This document shows, piece after piece, positions 25,390 to 32,438 of a DNA stretch of 32,438 bases (its first letter is position 1; each line of letters opens with the position of its first letter). The translations under genes were made by a program, and so were the position numbers. This stretch comes from an uncultured bacterium (GTDB lineage: Bacteria; Vulcanimicrobiota; Vulcanimicrobiia; Vulcanimicrobiales; Vulcanimicrobiaceae). The stretch covers positions 1 to 32,438 of the forward strand of contig CAXTIY010000002.1 in the NCBI GenBank assembly GCA_964244215.1, given 5' to 3'. A model generated the notes under the pieces. The model did not search any database. It saw only the letters and a list, made by a program, of their open reading frames with translations, and had not been told where the DNA came from.

Positions 25390-28300
25390 ATGCCACGACT
25401 TCTTCGGTCGATGCGTTTTGCTGCATTGTCGTCGCGCGTACTTGCGACGGCCGCACTCATTTTTTCATTCATGTTAAGTAGCCTCACGCCGGCGTTCGCA
25501 CTGGGCGGCGTGACGGGCAACGTCGCGGGCGTCGTGGTTGACGCTGCAAAGGCTCCGGTCAAGGGCGCGACCGTGACGCTTGCCGCACCTTCCGGCACGT
25601 TTAAAGCGACGACCGACGATAATGGCCGTTTCTCGATCAACGGCGTGAGCGTCGACACCTACACGGTGACGATCACGGCGCAAGGCTTCGAAACCGCCCA
25701 AGAAAACGGCGTGACCGTTCAGGGCGATCAAACGCTGCAAATCGGTAACGTTACGCTTACGAAACAACTTCGGACCATCGGTCGTGTCGGCGCCCGTAGC
25801 GCTTCAAGCGCGTTTCAGCCGGGTCAGACGACGGACACGTATACCGTAACGGGCCCGCGCGTTCAAGAGATTCTAGGCAAAGCGGCGAACACGAACGAAC
25901 AAACCCTGCTGCTTTCCGTTCCGGGCGCGACGCTGACCAACGGCGGTAACATAACGGTCCGCGGCGGCCTCGAGAACGAAACGGGATACCAGCTCGACGG
26001 TGTACCGTTCACCGAGCCGTTCCTTTCCCAGAACGCTGGGAACAACCGCCTCAACGGCTTGGGTTCGTTGCAGGTCGTCGAAGGCGCGGGCGATGCGACT
26101 CAGGGTAACGTCGGTAGCGGCGTCGTTAATATTATCCCCAAGCGCGGGACGTATCCCGGTACCGGACTATTGGATTTCGAGATCGGTGGCCCGAGCTACG
26201 CGCATCAGATCGCTGCCGAATACGGCATCGCAACGCGTACCGGCAACATCTCGAATTACTTCAGTTATGTCGGCGAACGTACCGCTCCGTATTACGGCTA
26301 TTCCAATCAGAACGTCGCGTATGGAATCACCTCCGCCGGAAACAATCCGTTTCTCGGCGGTACGTCGCTTCAGGCGCACGACAATATCATCGACAACTTC
26401 ATCGTGAAGTTCGGCAAGAACAATCACCAATCGCTGCAAGCCCTCTACACCACTCTGGATCTGCAAGATTACGGCCAAGTCGGCGGCCTGACGGGCCGCA
26501 GCTACTATCTGACCGATCCGTACGTCTACACGCACGGCGCAGCGGGTAATCCGTTTGCCGGTGCGACTGCGACGGCGGCGGGCGACGCGGCGGTGTTCGC
26601 CAACTATACGGGGCTCACGCCCTACGCGGACCTCAGCGGCAAGCAGGCGACGAACAGTATCCTCAATCAGGTCGAACCAACGTCGCTGCTCAAGTTCGAA
26701 TACGACAATAGCCTTGACGACAAGACGTTCCTCGCGCTGCGTTACTACAATTTCAACTCGTTCGAAACGACCAACAGTACGTTCTCCAGCAACTCGAGTC
26801 CGTCGGTCAGTACGACGGGCGGTCAGCGCGTCGGCACGAACCTCGAGTTGACGCGAACGCTCGGGCGGCACACGCTTACTTTTCAAGCGCAACTCGAAAA
26901 TCAGAAACCAATCTGGAACGACTACGCGCCGCTAAACACGCTACAGACGCTCGAGTTTGGCGTAGATGGTGTTTCGTATAACGATTTTCTGCCTGCCGCA
27001 TACAATAGCAATATCGCAGGGTCGGCGCAGCCTGCCGGCTGGGTCTACCAGCATCTGGGCGCAACGCGCATTCCGACGGTCGGCATTAATTATAACGGCG
27101 CCGATTTTCAAACGCTCGGTGGTGGCATCCGTGACCAATGGTCCGTTACCGATAAGCTCAAGCTGGACTACGGCGTACGCGTCGACCACGCGAACTACAA
27201 ATTCGGCCGCAATCCCTACAATCCCAACGACTTGGGCAACCCTTCGGACGTACCTCCATCGTTCTTAGCGAACGACTACCTTCACCCGACGCAGTTCGAG
27301 CCGCGCTTGGCCATTTCGTTCCAACCGTCGAGTTCCGATGGGGTGCGCGTGAGCTATGGGCGTTCCGTTGAGTTCTTGAACGCGCAAACGGCGGGCACGC
27401 CTGCCGGTATGTACGGCGCGGACGCCTTAGCCGGCGTGCCCGCGACGCCGGGAACGAATACTGCTAACCCAGCCACGTGGACGTGCGGCACGGGCCTCAA
27501 TCCGACGCACCTCGTTAAAGGTTCGGTCGCGACGCCGTCGGGCGGCGGCTTCTTCCGGTGCACGAACTATGCACAGCAGTTGTTCTGGGCTTACGATCAA
27601 AACTTCGACGCGCCGGACCTCGGGAACGGCTCCTCGCCCACGTATAATAATTACGATGCGTCGTACACGCACGCTTTCAAGAACGGTTTCGGCGTTAAGG
27701 CGACGGGCTTCTTCCGGCTCTCGACGGGCCTGCCGGGATTCTTCGTCCTAAGTCAGCAGACGGATCCGACGACGGGTGAGATTCTGTCGCAAGTCTTCTC
27801 GGTTAACAACAAAGCGATTCAAAAGACGACCGGCGTCGAATTCCAAGTCACCACGCCCGAACATCCGACCGGGTTCTCCGGCTACCTCAGCGCGACGTAC
27901 CAAAACGCAATATCGAGCATCCCGCCACTGCTCTCCGGTGAGGACCAGTTACCGCTAGTCACGGCGCAATCGTTCGCGCTTAACGATACCTACCGCGCTG
28001 GTTTTTTGACGCCGGTATCGATTAATGTCGGCGGCTCTTATCGCACTAAGGGCGGTCTAACAATCTCGCCTAACGTTCAATTCAATGCCGGCTATCCGGT
28101 CGGAATCGGAAATCTGGTCGCGTACAACGGTAACATCAACGGGTTGCCATACAACGTACCGTCCAGTAACGTCGGCGGTTCGCAACCGACCGTCAACGGC
28201 TATGGAAACACGAGCCAAAACGTCGCTGCGAATTATGCCGATCCGGCGTATCCCGGCAGCATCTTCAATCCGAACATCGCCGCGACGCGCGGAGTTAAGG

Positions 28301-28644
28301 AAACCTCGTCTCCAGGCGGCCTGCTGACCACCCCGTCCTTCACCGCCAACCTGAGTGCGCAGTACACGTTCGCGAAACATAATACGATCGGTATCCTCGT
28401 TAATAATATATCGGGTCAGATCTACGCCGGCCACGTACCGATTCCGAACGTCTACTACCAGCCCGTGACGACCGGCATAGCGGGTCCCGCGACAGGTTAC
28501 CCGCGTCAAGCGAACCCGGCGCAAACGTCGTACGCGAATCACGGCTACAACCAGCTTCAGAATAGCTCGTACGGCCAGAATGCATTCCTGCTCTTTCCGA
28601 ATCTGCCCACCACCTATCGCCTCTACTACCAGATCGGCTTGTAG
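25390..28644 (+). CDS. TonB-dependent-receptor-like outer-membrane protein with an N-terminal carboxypeptidase-regulatory-like (CarboxypepD_reg) domain
   Basis: ATG 25390; 1084 aa. Signal peptide ...LTPAFALGG. GVVVDAAKAPVKGATVTLAAPSGTFKATTDDNGRFSINGVSVDTYTVTITAQGFE has the CarboxypepD_reg pattern. It is followed by a plug-like region (ITVRGG, YQLDGV) and a long Y/N/G/T-rich beta-barrel-type sequence. Confidence 0.75.
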   Translation: MPRLLRSMRFAALSSRVLATAALIFSFMLSSLTPAFALGGVTGNVAGVVVDAAKAPVKGATVTLAAPSGTFKATTDDNGRFSINGVSVDTYTVTITAQGFETAQENGVTVQGDQTLQIGNVTLTKQLRTIGRVGARSASSAFQPGQTTDTYTVTGPRVQEILGKAANTNEQTLLLSVPGATLTNGGNITVRGGLENETGYQLDGVPFTEPFLSQNAGNNRLNGLGSLQVVEGAGDATQGNVGSGVVNIIPKRGTYPGTGLLDFEIGGPSYAHQIAAEYGIATRTGNISNYFSYVGERTAPYYGYSNQNVAYGITSAGNNPFLGGTSLQAHDNIIDNFIVKFGKNNHQSLQALYTTLDLQDYGQVGGLTGRSYYLTDPYVYTHGAAGNPFAGATATAAGDAAVFANYTGLTPYADLSGKQATNSILNQVEPTSLLKFEYDNSLDDKTFLALRYYNFNSFETTNSTFSSNSSPSVSTTGGQRVGTNLELTRTLGRHTLTFQAQLENQKPIWNDYAPLNTLQTLEFGVDGVSYNDFLPAAYNSNIAGSAQPAGWVYQHLGATRIPTVGINYNGADFQTLGGGIRDQWSVTDKLKLDYGVRVDHANYKFGRNPYNPNDLGNPSDVPPSFLANDYLHPTQFEPRLAISFQPSSSDGVRVSYGRSVEFLNAQTAGTPAGMYGADALAGVPATPGTNTANPATWTCGTGLNPTHLVKGSVATPSGGGFFRCTNYAQQLFWAYDQNFDAPDLGNGSSPTYNNYDASYTHAFKNGFGVKATGFFRLSTGLPGFFVLSQQTDPTTGEILSQVFSVNNKAIQKTTGVEFQVTTPEHPTGFSGYLSATYQNAISSIPPLLSGEDQLPLVTAQSFALNDTYRAGFLTPVSINVGGSYRTKGGLTISPNVQFNAGYPVGIGNLVAYNGNINGLPYNVPSSNVGGSQPTVNGYGNTSQNVAANYADPAYPGSIFNPNIAATRGVKETSSPGGLLTTPSFTANLSAQYTFAKHNTIGILVNNISGQIYAGHVPIPNVYYQPVTTGIAGPATGYPRQANPAQTSYANHGYNQLQNSSYGQNAFLLFPNLPTTYRLYYQIGL

Positions 28645-29958
28645 ATGCGCGCCACATGTAAGGCCGTTGGTTTGAACAATACACGTTTAGCTCTCGCCGC
28701 AACTGCGGTCGTCGCAATCTCGGGCTGCGGTGGCAACAGCGCCTCACCCATCGGAGCGACGACCGTCGTTCAACCCGCGACTTCGAAGGTGCAACTCGCC
28801 GTCGGTACGGCCAATATCTTCGGCCTCGCGACCGGCCTCAACGTTACATCGACGTTGCGTACGACCGAGGGTACCTCGGTGCTGCTCAACACGCCGAAGC
28901 TTACGGGCCCGTTTCGGCTGCCAGGTGCGGCAGGTACCCCTGATGCGAACGGCGCGACGATCGTCGACGGCCCGTCCGCTTCAGAAATTCGTTCCGGCGG
29001 AATCATTTCGGCGACGAATCAAGTGCTGCCGGGCACGCTCGCAAGCGCGATTCCCGCTACGACGTTCGGCATTCGTGGCGGCGTATTCGCGGGCGGATTC
29101 CAACCGGCCAACGCCGACAATATCGGAAACTTCCGCAACGTTCCTTATACCGTTCCGGCTTACGATCCGTTGAGCGATACCGATGCCGGCGATCCGAACG
29201 CGTTTACCCCGTGGGGTGGCCCCCCCGCGTTCGACCCGAATAAAGACGGTCAAGGAGCACGTGACGGCACCTTCGATGCGAGCGTTCCGGGCTTTAACGA
29301 GTTTATCACCGTTTTCCAAGGTGTAACCGTCGCTGCCGGAACGTACACGCTCGCCGTGACCATCCCGACCAACTCGACGTCGACGACGGCGTCGCTTTCG
29401 GCTTCGACTACGCTTGGCGCCGTCAGGACCTTGGGTACGGTCACCGCACCGACGTTCGTGCCGAACGGTAGCGGTGGCGGTACGTTCGCCGTCGTGCTGC
29501 CCGCCGGCGTCACGGACGGGCTTCTAAATATCGAGGATTTCGGACCCGCGCCGCTCGCTGACGGCACGACTTTTGCCAGCTGCTATCTCAACGGTGCGCC
29601 GCCCGCCTACTTCACGATCCACGTGACCGGTTCGGGAACGTATACGCTACCAAACACCGACGGCGTCGGTTCGCCGACGCAAAAGACGCCGACGATCTGT
29701 ACGGCCGCGCAGAACGCAGCCGTCGCCTCCAACGCCGGCACGGCGCCCGGGCCCGACGTGATCGCCGTTCAGCTCATCGGAGCCGACTATCCGATCTACT
29801 CCTCGAACTATCTGTTCAATCTCGGCGTTCAGACCCCCAACATCAAGGGTGCGGGGGGCAACGACATTACGATCTCGGCGGTCTCCACGCAAGGCGGGAC
29901 TGCTGCCGCGGCTGCCGTCCTTCGGCGCAATCTCAAGCTTAAACTAAGACACATCTAA
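28645..29958 (+). CDS. hypothetical lipoprotein, Thr/Gly/Ala/Pro/Asn-rich
   Basis: ATG immediately follows the receptor TAG with a 0-nt gap. 437 aa. Lipobox AISGC after a hydrophobic leader. No recognisable family; it is not SusD-like by eye. Confidence 0.6.
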   Translation: MRATCKAVGLNNTRLALAATAVVAISGCGGNSASPIGATTVVQPATSKVQLAVGTANIFGLATGLNVTSTLRTTEGTSVLLNTPKLTGPFRLPGAAGTPDANGATIVDGPSASEIRSGGIISATNQVLPGTLASAIPATTFGIRGGVFAGGFQPANADNIGNFRNVPYTVPAYDPLSDTDAGDPNAFTPWGGPPAFDPNKDGQGARDGTFDASVPGFNEFITVFQGVTVAAGTYTLAVTIPTNSTSTTASLSASTTLGAVRTLGTVTAPTFVPNGSGGGTFAVVLPAGVTDGLLNIEDFGPAPLADGTTFASCYLNGAPPAYFTIHVTGSGTYTLPNTDGVGSPTQKTPTICTAAQNAAVASNAGTAPGPDVIAVQLIGADYPIYSSNYLFNLGVQTPNIKGAGGNDITISAVSTQGGTAAAAAVLRRNLKLKLRHI

Positions 29959-29981
29959 TCGCCGCCAGTTTGTTAAGAAAA

Positions 29982-30014
29982 GGGAGCCGATTCGTCGGTT
30001 CCCTTTTTGGTTTT
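29982..30014 (+). terminator. rho-independent terminator
   Basis: GGGAGCCGA (29982-29990), loop TTCG, TCGGTTCCC (29995-30003; 9-bp stem with one G-U pair), followed by TTTTTGGTTTT. It lies 24 nt after the lipoprotein stop. Confidence 0.8.
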
Positions 30015-30046
30015 CAAAGAAGGTAGCTGCAAGGTCGTCGAGGTCC

Positions 30047-30060
30047 GGCCGCTAGCGGCC
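30047..30060. promoter_or_regulatory. 14-bp perfect palindrome GGCCGCTAGCGGCC upstream of the thiolase-hbd operon (candidate operator)
   Basis: Perfect dyad symmetry verified base by base. It lies 43 nt upstream of ATG 30103, between the terminator and the AGGAG SD (30093-30097). Confidence 0.25.
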
Positions 30061-30102
30061 CGGAAGATTCTTTCAGCGTTCTCCGTCTAAGCAGGAGCCA
30101 CG

Positions 30103-31443
30103 ATGAATTGTAAGACCGTCGTCCTTTCTACCGCCCGCACGCCGTTCGGCAAACTCGGAGGAGCCCTCGTCTCGCTCTCCGCGACGACGCTCGGCGGCGA
30201 AGCGATCCGCGCGGCGGTCGAGCGTTCCAAGCTCGACCCGGCCGAGATCGAGCACGTCATCATGGGCAACGTCATTCAAGCCGCAAACGGTCAAGCGCCC
30301 GCGCGTCAGGCGATGTTCAAGGCGGGGCTTAGTAAAACGACGACCTTCGAGACGGTTAATAAGGTTTGTGCGTCCGGGATGATAGCGATCGTGCAAGCGG
30401 CGCGATTGATCAACGACGATGCCAAGCACGTCGCGGTCGCCGGCGGCATGGAATCGATGTCGAACGCACCGTACGCTTTGCCGCAGGCGCGCTTCGGCTA
30501 TCGCTTCGGCGACGGCGCGTTCGTCGATCTGCTGAATTACGATGCGCTGCTCGATCCATTTTCCGGCTGGACGATGGCCCAAGCGCAGACGCGCGTCAAT
30601 ACCGATCTCGGCATTACGCGCGAAGTGCAGGACGAATTTGCATACCTCTCCCACGAACGCGCCGCGAAAGCGACGGCCGAAGGTCTCTTTAAAGAAGAGA
30701 TCGTCGCGCTTAAAGTTGCGACGAAGGCGAAGGGCAAACTCGTCGTCGACAAGTTGCCGCAAGCCGCTCGGGCGCGCGTACCGATTTATGCGGGAATGAA
30801 CGGCGCAGCCGAAAAGCTATTTCACGCACCGCCGGAAAACATGCAGGCGCAGGCTGCGCTCTATAACTCCTATGTAACGGGCGCCGACGTGCCGTTCACG
30901 CTCGTCGACAAAGACGAACCGATTCGCGGCGACGCGTCGCTCGCATCGATGTCGAAGCTGCGGCCGCTCGATAAAGACGGTACCGTAACCGCGGGCAACG
31001 CGCCGGGCGTCAACGATGGTGCGGGCGCAGTCGTACTCGCGAGTGAGGATTACGCGCGCAGCCACGGCTACGAGGCGCTCGGGACGATCGTCGATCATGC
31101 CGATGCATCGTGGGATCCGGCCTATCTCGCGCTGACGCCGGCGATGGCAGCGCAGCAGTTGCTCGAGCGCCATCAACTCAAAGCCTCCGACATCGCGGTG
31201 TGGGAAGTAAACGAAGCGTTTGCGGCCGTCGCCTGGAGCACGGCGAACCTGCTCGGCATCGATCAGCGCGCGATCAATCTACAGGGCGGCGCAGTCGCTC
31301 TCGGCCATCCCGTCGGCGCATCGGGCGCGCGCATCGTGGGCTCCGTGATTCACCAATTGCGCCGGCGCGGTGGCGGTTACGGCATCGCCGCCATTTGCAG
31401 CGGCGGCGGCCAGGGCGACGCGGTTCTCATTAAGGTAGGCTAA
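30103..31443 (+). CDS. acetyl-CoA acetyltransferase (thiolase II) with a 53-aa internal insertion
   Basis: AGGAG lies 5 nt upstream of the ATG. 446 aa. VNKVCASGM (active-site Cys), GTVTAGNAPGVNDGAG, NEAFAAV, GGAVALGHPVGASGARI and CSGGGQGDA. The extra segment relative to ~392-aa thiolases falls between KGKLVVDK and DEPIRG. Confidence 0.9.
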   Translation: MNCKTVVLSTARTPFGKLGGALVSLSATTLGGEAIRAAVERSKLDPAEIEHVIMGNVIQAANGQAPARQAMFKAGLSKTTTFETVNKVCASGMIAIVQAARLINDDAKHVAVAGGMESMSNAPYALPQARFGYRFGDGAFVDLLNYDALLDPFSGWTMAQAQTRVNTDLGITREVQDEFAYLSHERAAKATAEGLFKEEIVALKVATKAKGKLVVDKLPQAARARVPIYAGMNGAAEKLFHAPPENMQAQAALYNSYVTGADVPFTLVDKDEPIRGDASLASMSKLRPLDKDGTVTAGNAPGVNDGAGAVVLASEDYARSHGYEALGTIVDHADASWDPAYLALTPAMAAQQLLERHQLKASDIAVWEVNEAFAAVAWSTANLLGIDQRAINLQGGAVALGHPVGASGARIVGSVIHQLRRRGGGYGIAAICSGGGQGDAVLIKVG

Positions 31444-31448
31444 GCGGT

Positions 31449-32345
31449 TTGCGCGTGCTCGTCGTCGGTGCGGGGCAGATGGGCGGCGGCATCGCTTACG
31501 TCGCGGCGCTTTTCGGCGACAAAGTAACGCTGCTCGATCGTGAAGCGTCCGTCGTCGAACGCGGCCTTGGGACGATCCGAAAAACGTTCGACCGCAGCGT
31601 CGAGAAGGGCCGGCTTAGCGTCGCCGAGCGCGACGCGGCCCTCGGCCGCATCGAAGGCGTGGGGAGCTGGACCGATTTCGACGTTGAAGTCGCAATCGAA
31701 GCGGCGACCGAAAACGAGGCACTGAAAACGGAGATCTTTCGCAAGCTCGACGCGCATACGCCGGCCGCGGCGATTCTCGCAAGTAACACGTCTTCGATTT
31801 CCATCACGAAGCTCGCCGCTGCCACCGCTCGGCCCGACCTCGTAATCGGCATGCACTACATGAATCCGGTTCCCGTGATGGCGCTCGTCGAAATCATCCG
31901 CGGCATCGCGACCGCGCCTCAAACGTTCGAGACGATCCGGGCCCTCGCCGTCGCACACGGAAAAACGCCCGTGGAAGTGCGCAATTATCCGGGCTTCGTT
32001 TCGAATCGCATACTGTGTCCGATGCTCAACGAAGCGATTTTCGCACTCTTCGAGGGAGTCGCGACGGTCGAAGCGATCGATACCGTGATGAAGCTCGGGA
32101 TGAATCATCCGATGGGGCCGCTCGAACTCGCCGATTTCATCGGACTCGATACGCTCGAATCGATCTTGGATGTCTTGCACGAAGGTCTCGGAGATTCGAA
32201 ATATCGCGCCTGCCCGCTCTTGCGTGAATATGTCGCTGCCGGCTGGTTCGGTCGAAAGAGCGGACTCGGATTTTATGATTGGCGCGGCCCGGCGCGTGCG
32301 CGGCGCACCGATCTCGGGCCGAGCGGCGTTCCTGCTTTCGCCTAA
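31449..32345 (+). CDS. hbd: 3-hydroxybutyryl-CoA / 3-hydroxyacyl-CoA dehydrogenase
   Basis: 298 aa; start is TTG 31449 or GTG 31455. VVGAGQMGGGIA, NTSSISIT, HYMNPVPVMALVEIIRG and GFVSNRIL motifs. Confidence 0.9.
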   Translation: MRVLVVGAGQMGGGIAYVAALFGDKVTLLDREASVVERGLGTIRKTFDRSVEKGRLSVAERDAALGRIEGVGSWTDFDVEVAIEAATENEALKTEIFRKLDAHTPAAAILASNTSSISITKLAAATARPDLVIGMHYMNPVPVMALVEIIRGIATAPQTFETIRALAVAHGKTPVEVRNYPGFVSNRILCPMLNEAIFALFEGVATVEAIDTVMKLGMNHPMGPLELADFIGLDTLESILDVLHEGLGDSKYRACPLLREYVAAGWFGRKSGLGFYDWRGPARARRTDLGPSGVPAFA

Positions 32346-32372
32346 TCTCCACGGCCTCGCGCGAGCGGGGCG

Positions 32373-32438
32373 ATGAGCACGCCGCTCTACATTCTCCTCT
32401 GGCTCGGGCTCATCGTTTGTTTCGCCGTCGCCGCAAGG
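32373..32438 (+). CDS. N-terminus of a hypothetical membrane protein (3' end outside the window)
   Basis: ATG 32373 opens MSTPLYILLWLGLIVCFAVAAR, a hydrophobic helix. Only 22 codons are visible. Confidence 0.3.
   Translation, partial: MSTPLYILLWLGLIVCFAVAAR

Overview
This is a densely coding segment of a high-GC bacterial chromosome. Hand-counted 60-nt lines give about 62-72% GC in the core genes. GTG and TTG starts are frequent, and many adjacent genes have 1-8 nt stop/start overlaps. I recognise about 31 genes.

Layout:
- (i) 1-8.2 kb: an envelope-glycan cluster. It holds the deoB 3' end, a PglC-like phosphoglycosyl transferase, murJ, a Wzx-like flippase, wecB, a DegT-type aminotransferase, a Gfo/Idh/MocA oxidoreductase and a hexapeptide N-acetyltransferase.
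- (ii) 8.2-10.65 kb, minus strand: an operon of ECF sigma, zinc-finger anti-sigma, a beta-helix membrane protein and a small protein.
- (iii) 10.76-15.2 kb: the lysine 5,6-aminomutase subunit genes kamD and kamE.
- (iv) 15.2-20.1 kb: PBP4, a low-GC orphan gene, a Zn alcohol dehydrogenase and a membrane-anchored protein with a glycoside-hydrolase-like barrel.
- (v) 20.3-25.2 kb: a translationally coupled chain of gmd, rmd, larC, a LarE C-terminal-like mini-ORF, an ICMT-family methyltransferase and a CDF transporter.
- (vi) 25.4-30.0 kb: a 1084-aa CarboxypepD_reg/TonB-dependent-receptor-like outer-membrane protein plus an abutting lipoprotein, closed by a clear terminator.
- (vii) 30.1-32.3 kb: a thiolase carrying a 53-aa in-frame insertion, then hbd.

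I found no rRNA, tRNA, CRISPR array, transposase or integrase.

The most unusual signal is in (iii). kamD and kamE are separated by a ~2.17 kb low-GC two-gene cassette encoding an AlbA_2/Schlafen-like + HATPase_c_4 protein and a long ParA/MinD-type ATPase. The cassette sits exactly at the kamD stop / kamE start overlap. It is flanked by an identical 10-bp direct repeat, and translational coupling is preserved at both junctions. It is my best candidate for an undescribed accessory system. All family calls rest on motif recognition by eye and need HMM or BLAST confirmation.
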